A DNA stretch of 64,000 nucleotides from an uncultured Gammaproteobacteria bacterium (GTDB lineage: Bacteria; Pseudomonadota; Gammaproteobacteria; Steroidobacterales; Steroidobacteraceae): assembly GCA_963718865.1 (NCBI GenBank), contig CAVRAE010000003.1, forward strand, positions 859,518 through 923,517, read 5' to 3'. Under the pieces are notes generated by a model. It did not search any database. It was not told the origin of the DNA and saw only the letters and a program-made list of their open reading frames with translations. Shown piece after piece: positions 18,591-31,151 of the stretch. A program made the position numbers and the translations under genes. Each line of letters begins with the position of its first letter. Position 1 is the first letter of the stretch.

Positions 18591-20789
18591 TCAGTAGCTC
18601 GCCGCCGGCGTGCGGCCTTCGAGAGTCTTCTGCAGCGACGGCGCGCGCCGCACCAGGGCGTCAACCTGGTACATCGGGACGTCGATGAGCGCACCCCCGG
18701 CGGTGGCATCCCCGGCGCGCGCCCCCTCCCCCGTGCGCGTCAGCGCCGTCACCGCATGCGTGCCCTGGTAAGGGGCGGCTACGACGGCCGCGCACGCGGC
18801 GCGCACTTCCTGCAGCACTTCCTCGGATGACTGGTAATCGAAGCCCGCGAGATTGAGCAGATTTCCAAGCACCCGCAGGATCTTCCAGCCCGGACGGGCC
18901 TCACCCACCGGCTGCGCCGCGCCCGTCTGCGATTGCCATAGCCCTTCGCAGTTCACGTAGGTGCCCGAGGTTTCGGCAAACGTGCCCATGGGCAGCATCA
19001 CGTGCGCGACGCTCTTTAGTTCCGCGCTCGCGAACGGCGTGATGGCAACGACCAGCTCGGCTCGGGCGATCATGGCGAGACCGTGCGGGTCCAGGGCGTC
19101 AATCGAGGGCTCGATACCGCCGATCAGGACATATGCGCGCAGCGGCTTGTGCAGCATGTCGCGTGCCGACAGCCCCGGCTGGGACACGGCTTTCACGCCC
19201 GCCTCACGATGTGGTATCGCGCCGGCAAGGTAAGCACCCGCGGCGTTGCCGCCTTCGGTGATGCGCCCGAGGGAGGCGCCGGTGAGCTGCGCCAGCGCGG
19301 CCGCGAGCGCGCGCAGATCGGCAAATTGCGGATGGCGCGCGGCGAGCGCACCGAGCCACACGGCGCGCTTGCCGTCCGCGGCCAGCACCTGCGCCACGGC
19401 GCGGTGTGCGTCGGTGACGCGCGCGGCACTCACCACTGCGGCAAGGTGGGCCGGCACGGTCTTGCCCGCGAGGGTTGCGGCGGCGGCGAGCACGGCGGCG
19501 AGATCCGCGACCAGCTGGGCAGGCGCCGAAGTCAGATATGACGCGATCGGGAACAGGTACGGGAAACGCGCCGGGTTCAGCATCGCCACCTGCGCACCAT
19601 GCGCGGTCGCCTTGCGCACGCGGTGCGCCAGGATCGGCGCTTCGCGGCGCAGGTTCGAGCCGATGACGAGCAACGCATCCAGTGTGTCCACATCCGCGAT
19701 GCGCATGCCGAGCCCCGGGAATACCGGGTCCGCGGCCTGGTCGCGAAAATCCCGCTGCCGCAGGCGATGATCGATGTTGTGGGATTTCAGCCCGCGGGTG
19801 ATGCGCGCGGCGAGATACAGCTCCTCGAGGGTGGCGCTGCTGCTCACCAGCACCCCCAGGTCCCCCGCGCGCGCCTTGAGTCCTTCCGCGACCTGCATGA
19901 GCGCGCTCTCCCAGCCGGTTGCCTTCAGCTCCCCGCCCGTGCGCACCAGCGGCTGCTCGAGCCGGTCGGGACTGTAGACCCCCTCGTAGCTGAAGCGGTC
20001 GCGATCGGAAATCCAGGTCTCGTTGATCGCCTCGTTCTCGCGCGGCACGACCCGCATCAGGCGCCCGCGCAACACGTGACCGAAGAGGTTGCTGCCCATG
20101 CCGTCGTGGGGCGCGATGAGTGGCGTCGAGCTCATCTCCCAGGCGCGCGCGCTGAAACGGTAGGGCTTGGAGACCAGCGCGCCCACCGGGCACAGGTCGA
20201 TGATGTTGCCCGACAGCTCGTGGTTGACCGTGCCCTCTATATAAGTGCGCACCTTCATGTGCTCACCGCGGCCGATCATGCCGAGCTCCTGGATACCGGC
20301 GATTTCCTGCGTGAAGCGGATGCAGCGCGTGCAGTGGATGCAACGCGTCATGTCGGTGGCGACCAGGGGGCCTAAGTTCTCATCTTCGACCGAGCGCTTG
20401 CCCTCGTTGTAGCGCGACACGTCGCGGCCGAAGCCCACGGCGAGATCCTGCAGCTCGCACTCCCCGCCCTGGTCGCAGATCGGGCAGTCGAGCGGGTGAT
20501 TGATGAGCAGAAACTCCATGGTGGCGCGTTGCGCACCGATGGCCCGCGGGGACTTGGTGAAGATCTTCATGCCCTCGGCCACGGGTGTGGCACAGGCCGG
20601 CAGCGGCTTGGGTGCCTTCTCGACTTCCACCAGACACATGCGGCAGTTGGCCGCGATCGAGAGCTTCTCGTGATAACAGAAACGCGGTACGTAGGCGCCG
20701 TGCGCGTCGGTGGCGCGGATGATCATGTCACCCTTGCGCGCCTTCACCGGCACGCCATCGATTTCGATATTGACCTGGTCGTCCGCCAT
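18591..20789 (-). CDS. nuoG: NADH-quinone oxidoreductase subunit G
   Basis: N-terminal 2Fe-2S and 4Fe-4S motifs (CYHEKLSIAANCRMC, CPICDQGGEC, CIHCTRCIRF). Confidence 0.95.
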   Translation of the reverse strand: MADDQVNIEIDGVPVKARKGDMIIRATDAHGAYVPRFCYHEKLSIAANCRMCLVEVEKAPKPLPACATPVAEGMKIFTKSPRAIGAQRATMEFLLINHPLDCPICDQGGECELQDLAVGFGRDVSRYNEGKRSVEDENLGPLVATDMTRCIHCTRCIRFTQEIAGIQELGMIGRGEHMKVRTYIEGTVNHELSGNIIDLCPVGALVSKPYRFSARAWEMSSTPLIAPHDGMGSNLFGHVLRGRLMRVVPRENEAINETWISDRDRFSYEGVYSPDRLEQPLVRTGGELKATGWESALMQVAEGLKARAGDLGVLVSSSATLEELYLAARITRGLKSHNIDHRLRQRDFRDQAADPVFPGLGMRIADVDTLDALLVIGSNLRREAPILAHRVRKATAHGAQVAMLNPARFPYLFPIASYLTSAPAQLVADLAAVLAAAATLAGKTVPAHLAAVVSAARVTDAHRAVAQVLAADGKRAVWLGALAARHPQFADLRALAAALAQLTGASLGRITEGGNAAGAYLAGAIPHREAGVKAVSQPGLSARDMLHKPLRAYVLIGGIEPSIDALDPHGLAMIARAELVVAITPFASAELKSVAHVMLPMGTFAETSGTYVNCEGLWQSQTGAAQPVGEARPGWKILRVLGNLLNLAGFDYQSSEEVLQEVRAACAAVVAAPYQGTHAVTALTRTGEGARAGDATAGGALIDVPMYQVDALVRRAPSLQKTLEGRTPAASY

Positions 20790-20792
20790 GAC

Positions 20793-22121
20793 TTACGCCG
20801 CCTGCGCTCCCAGCGTGTCGCTGACGAGGCTGCGCCCGCCGTGATCGATCATGTATTCGAATTCGTGTCGGTAATGTTTCAGGAAGCTCTGCACCGGCCA
20901 GGCGGACGCATCCCCGAACGCACAGATGGTGTGTCCCTCGATGCGGTTGGCGACATCGAGCAGCAGCGCCAGTTCCTCGCGCCGCGACTGCCCGGCCAGC
21001 ACGCGCTTGAGCAGCCGGTTCATCCAGCCCGTGCCTTCGCGGCACGGCGTGCACTGGCCACAGGACTCGGACATGTAGAAGCGCGAAATGCGCTCCAGCA
21101 CCCGCACCATGCAGGTGGTCTCGTCCATGACGATGGCCGCGCCGGTGCCGAGGGCGGAGCCGGCGGCCTTCACCGAGTCGTAGTCCATGTTGGTTTTCAG
21201 CATGGTCTCCCCCGGCACTACCGGCACCGAGACGCCGCCGGGGATCACCGCCTTGAGCTTGCGGCCACCGCGAACCCCGCCGCACAGCGCCAGCAGATCC
21301 GCGAACGGGATGCCCATCGGCAACTCGATGTTGCGCGGCTTCTCCACGTGTCCGGACATGGAGTAAATCATGGTGCCGCCGGAGTTGGCGGGGCCGAGTC
21401 CCGCAAACCAGGCCGGACCCTTGCGCAGGATGGTCGGCACCGAGGCGAAGCTAAGGGTGTTGTTGATGGTGGTGGGCGCGCCGTACAGGCCGAAGTTCGC
21501 CGGAAATGGCGGCTTGAAGCGCGGCTTGCCGGGTTTGCCCTCCAGCGAGTCGAGTAGCGCCGTCTCCTCGCCGCAGATGTAGGCGCCGGCGCCCACGTAG
21601 GTGTGCAGGTCGAAATCGATGCCGCTGGCCTTGATGTTCCTGCCAAGGAGGCCGGCCGCGTAGCTTTCCGCGAGCGCCGCTTCGAAGCGCGGCACCGGTT
21701 CGCCCAGGAACTCGCCGCGGATGTAGTTGTAGGCGACCGTGGTGTTGGTGGCGTAGGCGGCGATCGCCAGCCCTTCGATCAGCGCGTGCGGGTTATAGCG
21801 CAGGATATCGCGATCGTGGCAGGTGCCCGGCTCGCTCTCATCGGAATTGCACACCAGGTATTTCTGCGCCGGGGAGTTGCGCGGCATGAAACTCCACTTG
21901 GTGCCGGTCGGGAAGCCCGCGCCGCCGCGGCCGCGCAGCCCCGAGGCCTTCACCTGGTCGATGACCGTGCCGCGCTCGGGCTTGTCTTTGAGCAGCCGCT
22001 CCCACACCTCGTAACCGCCGATGCTGCGGTAGCTGGCGAGCGTCCACGGGCGCTCGAGCTTCAGCGGCTCGAACACCGTGAGATTCATCTTGTCGGCGTA
22101 TTTCGCTTCCAGCTCGCTCAC
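20793..22121 (-). CDS. nuoF: NADH-quinone oxidoreductase subunit F
   Basis: [13 protein letters not shown] (FMN/NADH site) and [12 protein letters not shown] (4Fe-4S). GTG 22121 overlaps the nuoE stop (GTGA); ATG 22088 is an alternative start. Confidence 0.9.
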   Translation of the reverse strand: MSELEAKYADKMNLTVFEPLKLERPWTLASYRSIGGYEVWERLLKDKPERGTVIDQVKASGLRGRGGAGFPTGTKWSFMPRNSPAQKYLVCNSDESEPGTCHDRDILRYNPHALIEGLAIAAYATNTTVAYNYIRGEFLGEPVPRFEAALAESYAAGLLGRNIKASGIDFDLHTYVGAGAYICGEETALLDSLEGKPGKPRFKPPFPANFGLYGAPTTINNTLSFASVPTILRKGPAWFAGLGPANSGGTMIYSMSGHVEKPRNIELPMGIPFADLLALCGGVRGGRKLKAVIPGGVSVPVVPGETMLKTNMDYDSVKAAGSALGTGAAIVMDETTCMVRVLERISRFYMSESCGQCTPCREGTGWMNRLLKRVLAGQSRREELALLLDVANRIEGHTICAFGDASAWPVQSFLKHYRHEFEYMIDHGGRSLVSDTLGAQAA

Positions 22122-22654
22122 TTGAGCTCGTCCAGGATCTTGTCGAGCACCGCCGGGGTGAGGTGCTCGTGGAACACATGGTCCACCATCATCATCGGCG
22201 CGCCGGTGCAGGCCGCCAGGCACTCCTCTTCCTGTTTGAGAAAAATGCGCCCGTCGGCAGTGCTCTCGTTCAGCCTGATGCCGAGCTTCTTCTGCGCGTG
22301 CGCGACCAGCTCCTCCGCGCCGTTCAGCATGCAGGAAATGTTGGTACAGATGCTGACGTGGTGGCGCCCGCACGGATGGGTCTCGAACATCGAGTAAAAG
22401 CTCGCCACTTCGTAGACCTGGATCGGCGGCAGCTTCAGGTACTCGGCGATCGCATCCATGAGTTCGCCCGTCAGGTAGCCGTGGTTCTGCTCCTGCGCGG
22501 CACGCAGCGCCGCGATGCAGGCCGAGCGCTGCCGCCCGGGCGGGAACTTCGCAACCCAGTGGTCGATTTGCGCGCGCGTGTGCTGCGACAGCAGGCCCGG
22601 CTTGCTGCCGGCATCAGCGAGCGCGCCGGTGGTGGCTTCAGCCTCGATGCTCAC
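22118..22654 (-). CDS. nuoE: NADH-quinone oxidoreductase subunit E
   Basis: Thioredoxin-like 2Fe-2S subunit ([10 protein letters not shown]...[13 protein letters not shown]). The GTG start overlaps the nuoD stop. Confidence 0.95.
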   Translation of the reverse strand: MSIEAEATTGALADAGSKPGLLSQHTRAQIDHWVAKFPPGRQRSACIAALRAAQEQNHGYLTGELMDAIAEYLKLPPIQVYEVASFYSMFETHPCGRHHVSICTNISCMLNGAEELVAHAQKKLGIRLNESTADGRIFLKQEEECLAACTGAPMMMVDHVFHEHLTPAVLDKILDELK

Positions 22655-23919
22655 CGGTCGATTTCCCCGAATACGATGTCCTGGGTGCCGATGATGGCGA
22701 CGACATCAGCGAGCATGTGACCACGACACATTTCCTCGAGCGCGGCGAGGTGCGGAAATCCCGGCGCGCGGCACTTGAGCCGGTAGGGCTTGTTGGCGCC
22801 GTCGGACACCAGATAAATCCCGAATTCGCCCTTGGGCGCTTCCACCGCGGCATAAGTCTCCCCCTCCGGCACTTCGTAGCCTTCGGTGAAGAACTTGAAG
22901 TGATGGATGAGGGACTCCATGTCCTCTTTCATGTGCTCGCGGCTCGGCGGCCGCACCTTGCGGTCGTCGACCATCACCGCTCCCGGGTTGGCACGCAGCC
23001 ACTCCACGCACTGGCGCACGATGCGATTCGCCTGGCGCATCTCCTCGACCCGCACCAGGTAGCGGTCATAGCAGTCGCCGTTCACGCCCACCGGGATATC
23101 GAAATCCATGCGCTCGTACACTTCGTAGGGCTGCTTCCTGCGCAGATCCCATTCGATCCCTGAGCCGCGCAGCATGGGACCCGAGAAGCCGAGCTGCAAG
23201 GCGCGCTCCGGGCTCACGACGCCGATATTCACGGTGCGCTGCTTCCAGATGCGATTGTCTGTGAGCAGCGTTTCGTAGTCGTCGACGGCAGCCGGAAACG
23301 CTTGCGTGAAGGCCTGGATGAAATCCAGCATGGTGCCGGCACGCGCCTCGTTCATGCGCGCGGCGTCCTTCTCGGAGCGCCATCTGGAGGCCTTGTATTT
23401 AGGCATCGCATCCGGCAGGTCGCGGTAGACCCCGCCCGGGCGGTAGTAGGTGGCGTGCATGCGCGTGCCCGAGACGGCTTCGTACACGTCCATCAGCTCC
23501 TCACGCTCCTTGAAGCACAGCAGGAACACCGTCATCGCACCGATATCGAGCCCGTGCGCGCCGAGCCACATGAGGTGGTTGAGGATGCGCGTGATCTCAT
23601 CGAACATCACGCGGATGTACTGCGCGCGCTCGGGCGGAACGATGCCCAGAAGCCGCTCGATCGCCAGCACGTAGGCGTGCTCGTTGCACATCATCGACAC
23701 GTAATCGAGCCGGTCCATGTAGCCGATGGACTGGTTGAAGGGTTTGGATTCCGCCAGCTTCTCGGTGCCGCGATGCAGGAGGCCGATGTGCGGGTCGGCC
23801 TTCTGGATGACCTCACCATCCATCTCCAGCACCAGCCGCAACACCCCGTGGGCCGCCGGGTGCTGCGGACCAAAGTTCATGGTGTAGTTGCGGATCTCGG
23901 TTGCGGGCGTGATGGACAT
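22651..23919 (-). CDS. nuoD: NADH-quinone oxidoreductase subunit D
   Basis: [23 protein letters not shown] near the N-terminus; C-terminal DIVFGEIDR. Separate from nuoC (not fused). Confidence 0.95.
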   Translation of the reverse strand: MSITPATEIRNYTMNFGPQHPAAHGVLRLVLEMDGEVIQKADPHIGLLHRGTEKLAESKPFNQSIGYMDRLDYVSMMCNEHAYVLAIERLLGIVPPERAQYIRVMFDEITRILNHLMWLGAHGLDIGAMTVFLLCFKEREELMDVYEAVSGTRMHATYYRPGGVYRDLPDAMPKYKASRWRSEKDAARMNEARAGTMLDFIQAFTQAFPAAVDDYETLLTDNRIWKQRTVNIGVVSPERALQLGFSGPMLRGSGIEWDLRRKQPYEVYERMDFDIPVGVNGDCYDRYLVRVEEMRQANRIVRQCVEWLRANPGAVMVDDRKVRPPSREHMKEDMESLIHHFKFFTEGYEVPEGETYAAVEAPKGEFGIYLVSDGANKPYRLKCRAPGFPHLAALEEMCRGHMLADVVAIIGTQDIVFGEIDR

Positions 23920-24623
23920 CAGCGCGGCACCTGCGGGTCCTTGAGCGCCGGATCGTAGCGATGGTCGTGACGGATGACTTTCGGCACCAGCACGCGCGGC
24001 ACGATCGTCACCGGCTGATAGATGACGCGCTTCCTGTCCGGGTCGTAGCGCACTTCCACGTTGCCGATGAGCGGAAAATCCTTGCGGAAGGGATGGCCGA
24101 TGAAGCCGTAGTCGGTGAGCAGCCGCCGCAGATCCGGGTGGCCGCGGAACAGGATCCCGTACAGGTCGAAGGCCTCGCGCTCGAACCAGTTGGCGCCCGC
24201 CCACACATCCACCACCGAGTCCACGACCGGCTCGGCCGTGTCCGGGCACTTCACCTTCAGGCGCAGCCGCTGGTTGTGACTGATGGACAGCAGGTTGTAG
24301 ACCACCGCGAAGCGGCCGGCCTCATCCGGATCGGGTGCGTCGCTGCGCGCGACACGTCCGCGGCTGAATCCGGAACGCGTCGCCGTATCGGTCTGCCACT
24401 CGTCGCGCCCGTAGTGCAGGTAGTCCAGCCCGGCAAGGTCCATGAGCATTTCGAACCTGAGTTGCGGGGCATCGCGCAGGGTGCGGCATACAGCCAGCAG
24501 CGCCGCGGCATCGGTCTCGTACGAAAGTTCCGAAGCGAGCGCGGCTACACGCCGCACCTGGCCCGGCAGCTGCGCATCAACCTTCGCGGCGAGAGCTTCG
24601 ATGAGCTCGCTCAAGTCAAACAC
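23919..24623 (-). CDS. nuoC: NADH-quinone oxidoreductase subunit C
   Basis: 30-kDa subunit motif [27 protein letters not shown]. Confidence 0.95.
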   Translation of the reverse strand: MFDLSELIEALAAKVDAQLPGQVRRVAALASELSYETDAAALLAVCRTLRDAPQLRFEMLMDLAGLDYLHYGRDEWQTDTATRSGFSRGRVARSDAPDPDEAGRFAVVYNLLSISHNQRLRLKVKCPDTAEPVVDSVVDVWAGANWFEREAFDLYGILFRGHPDLRRLLTDYGFIGHPFRKDFPLIGNVEVRYDPDRKRVIYQPVTIVPRVLVPKVIRHDHRYDPALKDPQVPR

Positions 24624-24635
24624 TCCATTGCCGCT

Positions 24636-25127
24636 TCAGCTGGCGATCGCGCTGGTGCGCGCAATTTTCTTCTGCAGCTGGATGATCCCGTAGACCAGCG
24701 CCTCGGCCGTCGGCGGGCAGCCGGGCACGTATACGTCCACGGGCACGACGCGATCACAGCCGCGCACCACCGCGTAGGAATAATGATAGTAGCCCCCGCC
24801 GTTCGCACACGATCCCATGGAGATGACCCAGCGCGGCTCGGCCATCTGGTCATAGACCTTGCGCAGCGCCGGTGCCATCTTGTTGACCAGCGTGCCGGCC
24901 ACGATCATGACGTCCGACTGGCGCGGGCTGGGACGAAACACCACACCGAAACGGTCCAGGTCGTAGCGCGAGGCGCCGGCGTGCATCATCTCCACCGCGC
25001 AGCAGGCGAGTCCGAAGGTCATCGGCCACAGCGAACCGGTGCGCGCCCAGTTGACGAGGTTGTCCACCTGGGTGGTGACGAAGCCACGCTGCGCGAAGCT
25101 CTCCGGGCTGTCAGCCTCTAGTCCCAC
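24636..25127 (-). CDS. nuoB: NADH-quinone oxidoreductase subunit B
   Basis: [19 protein letters not shown] and PGCPP motifs. Start set at GTG 25127, which overlaps the nuoA 3' end. Confidence 0.9.
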   Translation of the reverse strand: MGLEADSPESFAQRGFVTTQVDNLVNWARTGSLWPMTFGLACCAVEMMHAGASRYDLDRFGVVFRPSPRQSDVMIVAGTLVNKMAPALRKVYDQMAEPRWVISMGSCANGGGYYHYSYAVVRGCDRVVPVDVYVPGCPPTAEALVYGIIQLQKKIARTSAIAS

Positions 25128-25486
25128 TCCAGGGCCCCCTTCTTCCACTCGTAGATGAAGCCCACGACCAGGATGCCGAGGAAGATGCCCATCGCGAGCA
25201 GACCCGCGAGGCCGATCTTGTTCAGGGCCACCGCCCACGGGAAGAGGAACGCGATCTCAAGGTCAAAGACGATGAACAGGATCGCGACCAGGTAGTAGCG
25301 CACGTCGAATTTCATGCGGGTGTCTTCGAAGGCCTCGAAGCCGCATTCGTAAGGCGAGAGCTTGGCGCGGTCGCCGCGCGAGCGCGTGAAATAGTGGCCG
25401 ATGCCGGTGCCGAGCACGAGCAGTACCACGGCCAGGCCCGCGGCGATGACCAGGAAGATCAGGATGGGCAGATAGTTCGACAGCAT
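25118..25486 (-). CDS. nuoA: NADH-quinone oxidoreductase subunit A
   Basis: [15 protein letters not shown]...SPYECGFE...[11 protein letters not shown]. Start at ATG 25486. Confidence 0.9.
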   Translation of the reverse strand: MLSNYLPILIFLVIAAGLAVVLLVLGTGIGHYFTRSRGDRAKLSPYECGFEAFEDTRMKFDVRYYLVAILFIVFDLEIAFLFPWAVALNKIGLAGLLAMGIFLGILVVGFIYEWKKGALEWD

Positions 25487-25539
25487 GCGATCTGGTTGCG
25501 GCAACAACAAAATCGCATTGTAGCAGCGCAACAGTCCTT

Positions 25540-25624
25540 TTGGTGCCGACGGTCGGATTCGAACCGACACGCCTTGCGGCGCTAGCCCCTCAAGCTAGTG
25601 TGTCTACCAATTTCACCACGTCGG
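25540..25624 (-). tRNA. tRNA-Leu (anticodon GAG), class II with a long variable arm
   Basis: The reverse complement folds by hand. Acceptor stem GCCGACG/CGTCGGC; anticodon stem CTAGC/GCTAG with loop TTGAGGG; T-arm GTCGG-TTCGAAT-CCGAC; encoded CCA. Confidence 0.9.
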
Positions 25625-25656
25625 CAACATTAAAATCCGCGCAACGAGCTGACGCC

Positions 25657-26040
25657 TCATTTCGGCGCCGGCGCGGGCGCCGGGGTCGTAGCGGGGCTCG
25701 CCGGTGCGGAGCTCGTGGGCGCCGCCGGAACCGCGGTACCGGTGAGCGGCGCGGCCTTCTTGGCCGCGGCGACCTCATCGAGAATCGTTTTCTGCTGCGC
25801 CTCGGCAGTGCGCGTACCCGTGTAGGCGAGCGCCAGACTGTTGATCATGAAGATCGCAGCGAAAATCGCGGTGGCGCGCGACATGGCGGTGCTCGCACCG
25901 CGGGCACCGAACACCGTGCCCGAAGCACCCGAGCCAAACCCGGCGCCGGCGTCTGCGCCTTTGCCGCGCTGAAGCAGTACCAGGCCGACGATCGCAAATG
26001 CGGAAGCCCACTGCACAAAAGTCAGAATCGAACGCAACAT
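25657..26040 (-). CDS. secG: preprotein translocase subunit SecG (with a Pro/Ala-rich C-terminal tail)
   Basis: MLRSILTFVQWASAFAIVGLVLLQRGKGADAGAGFG. Conserved tpiA-secG-tRNA-Leu-nuo context. Confidence 0.9.
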   Translation of the reverse strand: MLRSILTFVQWASAFAIVGLVLLQRGKGADAGAGFGSGASGTVFGARGASTAMSRATAIFAAIFMINSLALAYTGTRTAEAQQKTILDEVAAAKKAAPLTGTAVPAAPTSSAPASPATTPAPAPAPK

Positions 26041-26050
26041 CGGAAAATAC

Positions 26051-26812
<762 letters not shown>

Positions 26813-26954
26813 GAATCAACCTCGAATGGCGGCGGCACGAGGCCACCTGACCGCCCGCAAAGGGCGCGGGATGATAGCCATGTGAGGGGGGCGGCGCAAT
26901 GCTGGCCGCTGCAGGGTCTGGAGACCCCCCACGCCTGCGCCAATCTACCGAGTG

Positions 26955-28289
26955 TCAGCCCGCGATGCCCTTGATGATCTCGGCGAGTTCGTTGGCAGCG
27001 GCCCGGGTCGCGGCCTCGTCGCGCCCTTCGACCATGACGCGGATCACCGGCTCGGTTCCGGAAGCCCGCAGTACCACGCGCGCGTCGGCGCCCAGGCGCT
27101 GCTCGATGCGTTGCACCGCCTGCTGCACGGCTGGCACGGTGGTCGGATCGAAGCGCTGCGCCACTTTCACGTTGAGCAGCACCTGCGGGAACTTCTGCAT
27201 TCCGGCGGTCAGCTCAGCCAGCGAGCGGCCGGTCTGTTTCATGACGGCCAGCACCTGCAGCGCGCTCACGAGCCCATCACCGGTCGTGGTCTTGTCGAGG
27301 CACAGGATGTGTCCGGAGGCTTCCCCACCCAGAATGCCCTGGGTCTCGCGCAACATCGCCAGCACGTAGCGATCGCCCACCGCCGCACGGCGAAACTCGA
27401 TGCCGGCCGCACGCAGCGCCACCTCGAGTCCGAGGTTGCTCATCACCGTGCCGACCACCGGCCCGCGCAGCGTTCCTGCCTGCTTGAGCGCGCGCGCGAT
27501 GACGTACAGGAGCTGATCGCCGTCGACGATGCGGCCGAGATGATCGGCCATGACGAGCCGGTCACCGTCGCCATCGAGCGCGAGTCCAACGTGCGCGCGT
27601 ACGCCCGGCACGGTGAGCTGCAGAAGATCCGGAGCGGTCGAACCGCAGCCGTCGTTGATATTGCGGCCGTTCGGCGAGCAGCCCACCGGCACGATCTCGG
27701 CGCCGAGGTCGGCCAGAATCCGCGGCGCCACCTTGTAGGCCGCGCCGTTGGCGCAGTCGATGACGATTTTCAGACCCGACAGATCCACACCCGACGGCAG
27801 CGTCGAGGCGCAGAATTCCTGGTAAAAGAGCCGCGAGCGGTCCGCACGCGTCGCACGTCCGAGGCTGCGGGAAGCGCGCGTCAGCGGCGGCTCCGCGAGC
27901 TGCGCCTCGATTCGTTCCTCGAGTTCGTCCGAGAGCTTGCCGCCCGAGGCGTCGAAGAACTTGATGCCGTTGTCGTCGTAGAGATTGTGCGAGGCGCTGA
28001 TGACGATACCGAAGTCGCAATTGAAGCGGCGCGTCATGTAGGCAATGCCAGGCGTGGGCAGCGGGCCGATCAGCATGACGTTCACGCCGGCGGCGACAAA
28101 TCCCGCCTCCAGCGCCGACTCGAACATGTAACCGGACAGGCGCGTGTCCTTGCCGATCAGTACCGTGCCGCCCTCCGGCGCCAGTACGCGGGCAGCCGCG
28201 CTCGCCAGGTGCAACGCGAAGTCCACGGTCATGGGGTGCTCGCCGACACGGCCCCTGATGCCATCCGTGCCGAAATAAGCCCTCGTCAA
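26955..28289 (-). CDS. glmM: phosphoglucosamine mutase
   Basis: YFGTDGIRG and the active-site SASHN motif. TTG start at 28289 has a GGAGG upstream. Confidence 0.9.
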   Translation of the reverse strand: MTRAYFGTDGIRGRVGEHPMTVDFALHLASAAARVLAPEGGTVLIGKDTRLSGYMFESALEAGFVAAGVNVMLIGPLPTPGIAYMTRRFNCDFGIVISASHNLYDDNGIKFFDASGGKLSDELEERIEAQLAEPPLTRASRSLGRATRADRSRLFYQEFCASTLPSGVDLSGLKIVIDCANGAAYKVAPRILADLGAEIVPVGCSPNGRNINDGCGSTAPDLLQLTVPGVRAHVGLALDGDGDRLVMADHLGRIVDGDQLLYVIARALKQAGTLRGPVVGTVMSNLGLEVALRAAGIEFRRAAVGDRYVLAMLRETQGILGGEASGHILCLDKTTTGDGLVSALQVLAVMKQTGRSLAELTAGMQKFPQVLLNVKVAQRFDPTTVPAVQQAVQRIEQRLGADARVVLRASGTEPVIRVMVEGRDEAATRAAANELAEIIKGIAG

Positions 28290-28293
28290 ATCC

Positions 28294-29134
28294 TTACCCT
28301 CCCCTGTGAAGCGCCGCCACCACCGCCAGCGCATCCACCGTCGCCGCGACGTCGTGGGCGCGAATGATGCGCGCGCCGGCCTGTGCTGCAATCACCGCCA
28401 GTGCCACGCTGCCGGCAAGCCGCTCGTCAGCCTGCCGGTGAGTGAGTGTGCCCAGCATTGATTTGCGCGACAACCCGACCAGCACCGGCGAGCCGTCGGC
28501 GACCAGTTGCGCCAGCCAGCGCAGCAGTTGCAGATTGTGCTCGAGGGTCTTGCCAAAACCGAAGCCGGGATCCACCACCAGCCGCTCGGCGGCGAAGCCC
28601 GCGTCGCGGCAGGCGCCGGTGCGCGCGGCAAGAAATGCCCTGATCTCGTTCACGACGTCATCGTAGCGGGGTGCGAGCTGCATGGTGCGCGGTTCGCCCT
28701 GCATGTGCATCAGGCACACCGCGCACCCGGAGTGCATGGCGGCATCCAGCGCCCCAGGCTCCCGCAGCGCACGCACATCATTGATGAGGCCCGCGCCCGC
28801 GGCGGCGGCGGCCCGCATGAGCTCAGGCTTGCTGGTATCGACCGAGATCACGGCGCTCGTAAGGGTGCGCAGCCGCGCGATGACCGGCAGCACGCGCCGC
28901 TGCTTCCTCGTCCACAGGCACCGCTGCCGCGCCCGGGCGCGTCGACTCGCCCCCAACGTCGATGAACGCCGCGCCCTCGGCCACCATGCGCACGCCCTGC
29001 GCCACCGCGGCTTCCACGGACAGGAAGCGCCCGCCATCTGAAAACGAATCGGGCGTGACATTCAGCACGCCCATGACCTGCGGCTGGGACAGATCCACCG
29101 TCTTATCGGCGCAGCGGAGCAGGACCGGCGTCAC
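28294..29134 (-). pseudogene. folP: dihydropteroate synthase interrupted by a single frameshift (841 nt, not a multiple of 3)
   Basis: The N-terminal third (MGVLNVTPDSFSDGG...IDVGGESTRPGAAAVPVDEE) is in the frame of ORF 28823..29134. The rest (QRRVLPVIARL...SVDTSKPE...DPGFGFGKT...GLSRKS) is in the frame of ORF 28294..29061. The frame switch is at about 28900-28912 (GACGAGGAAGCAGCGG on the coding strand). Confidence 0.85.
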
Positions 29135-29189
29135 GGCGTCCCCGAAAGTGCGAAATTCTCGCTGGCCGCGCTAGCGGAAAAAAGATCGC

Positions 29190-31103
29190 TTAGTGCTGTC
29201 CCGCCGGTATGACTGGTCCGCCTGCAACCGGCCCCTCTGTCGGTGCCTTGGGCGGCTTGTTGGAAAGCGTGTCGTCCCAGTCAGCCGGTGGCTGCGGCAC
29301 CTTGCCCGCCATGATGTCCTTGAGCTGGTCCTCGCCGATCGTCTCGTACTTGATGAGCGCTTCGGCCATGAGGTGCAGCTTGTCGAGCGCCGAGGTGAGA
29401 ATCTCCCGCGCGCGCTTGTAGTTGGCCTCGATCAGGTGGCGGATTTCCTCGTCGATCGCGTGCGCGGTGACATCCGACACCTGTTTGTGCTGCGTGACGC
29501 TGCGGCCAAGGAACACTTCGCCGGTTTCTTCCGAATACGTCAACGGTCCGAGCTTATCGGACAGGCCCCACTTGGTAACCATGTTGCGGGCCACCTCCGT
29601 GGCGCGCTCGATGTCGTTGGAGGCGCCGGTGGTGACCGCCTCGGGCCCGAAAATCAGCTCCTCGGCGATGCGGCCGCCGAACAGTGTCGTGATCACACTC
29701 TCCAGGCGGCGCTTGGAGAAGCTGTAGCGGTCCTGCTCGGGCAGGAACTGCGTGACTCCGAGTGCGCGGCCGCGCGGGATGATGGTGACCTTGTAGACCG
29801 GGTCGTGTTCCGGGACCGTCATGCCGACGATGGCGTGCCCCGCCTCGTGGTAGGCGGTCATGCGCTTCTCGGCCTCGCTCATCACCATGGAGCGCCGTTC
29901 CGCGCCCATCATGATCTTGTCCTTGGCGCGCTCGAACTCTTCCATGCTGACGATGCGACGGTTCGCGCGTGCGGCGAACAGCGCCGCTTCGTTGACGAGG
30001 TTGGCGAGATCCGCGCCCGAGAACCCCGGCGTGCCGCGCGCGATGAGCGCCGGCTTGACGTCCTCGGACAGCGGCACGCGCCGCATGTGCACCCGCAGAA
30101 TCTGCTCGCGGCCGCGCACGTCGGGCAGCGGCACGACCACCTGGCGATCGAAGCGTCCGGGACGCAGCAGCGCCGGATCGAGTACATCGGGCCGGTTGGT
30201 GGCGGCGATGACGATAATGCCCTCGTTACCCTCGAAACCGTCCATTTCCACCAGCAGCTGGTTCAGGGTCTGCTCGCGCTCGTCGTGGCCGCCGCCAAGT
30301 CCCGCGCCACGGTGCCGGCCGACGGCATCGATTTCATCGATGAAAATAATGCACGGGGCGTGCTTCTTCGCCTGCTCGAACATGTCGCGCACGCGCGAGG
30401 CGCCGACACCGACGAACATCTCGACGAAGTCCGAGCCGGAGATGGTGAAGAAAGGCACCTTGGCTTCCCCGGCGATGGCGCGCGCCAGCAGGGTCTTGCC
30501 GGTTCCGGGCGAGCCGACCATCAGCACACCCTTGGGGATCTTGCCGCCGAGCTTCTGGAACTTGCCCGGGTCTTTCAGGAAGTCGACGATCTCGCCGACT
30601 TCCTGCTTCGCCTCGTCGACGCCGGCAACGTCCGCGAAGGTGACATTCACCTGGTCCTCTCCCAGCAGGCGCGCGCGGCTCTTGCCGAAGGACATGGCGC
30701 CGCGGCCGCCGGATGCGCCCTGCATCTGGCGCAACATGTAGAGGAACACCAGGATCAACACCAGCGCCGGCGCCATCTGCAGCACCAGCTGCCAGAAGAC
30801 GCTCGGCTGTTTCGGCGGACGTCCCTCGATCACGACGTTGGCCTTTTCCAGCGTGCCGATGAGCGCGGTGAAGTCGGTCTCCGGGTTGTAGGCCTTGAAT
30901 TGCGACTTGTCCTTGCGCACGCCGTAGATCATCTCGGCCTGCAGCACCACCGACTCCACGCGATTCGCCTTAACATCATCCAGGAATTGGGAGTACGGGA
31001 TCTCCTGGGGCTGCCCCGCGATCGGCATGTAGCGGCTGAACACGAGCAGCAGGACGGTGACGATCACCACCCACAGCAGGATGTTCTTTGTCAGGTCATT
31101 CAA
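29190..31103 (-). CDS. ftsH: ATP-dependent zinc metalloprotease FtsH
   Basis: Walker A GPPGTGKT-like ([11 protein letters not shown]), second region of homology, and the zinc motif HEAGH. Confidence 0.97.
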   Translation of the reverse strand: MNDLTKNILLWVVIVTVLLLVFSRYMPIAGQPQEIPYSQFLDDVKANRVESVVLQAEMIYGVRKDKSQFKAYNPETDFTALIGTLEKANVVIEGRPPKQPSVFWQLVLQMAPALVLILVFLYMLRQMQGASGGRGAMSFGKSRARLLGEDQVNVTFADVAGVDEAKQEVGEIVDFLKDPGKFQKLGGKIPKGVLMVGSPGTGKTLLARAIAGEAKVPFFTISGSDFVEMFVGVGASRVRDMFEQAKKHAPCIIFIDEIDAVGRHRGAGLGGGHDEREQTLNQLLVEMDGFEGNEGIIVIAATNRPDVLDPALLRPGRFDRQVVVPLPDVRGREQILRVHMRRVPLSEDVKPALIARGTPGFSGADLANLVNEAALFAARANRRIVSMEEFERAKDKIMMGAERRSMVMSEAEKRMTAYHEAGHAIVGMTVPEHDPVYKVTIIPRGRALGVTQFLPEQDRYSFSKRRLESVITTLFGGRIAEELIFGPEAVTTGASNDIERATEVARNMVTKWGLSDKLGPLTYSEETGEVFLGRSVTQHKQVSDVTAHAIDEEIRHLIEANYKRAREILTSALDKLHLMAEALIKYETIGEDQLKDIMAGKVPQPPADWDDTLSNKPPKAPTEGPVAGGPVIPAGQH

Positions 31104-31151
31104 GGGCTTCCGTCCTTTGTAGCACGCGGCTCCCGAGGGTCTCGCAGCAAC

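Noticed and set aside
25487-25539. TACAAT -10-like hexamer between tRNA-Leu and nuoA as the nuo promoter
   Set aside because: No acceptable -35 at the correct spacing, since that position falls inside the tRNA 3' end. The call cannot be supported without transcript data.
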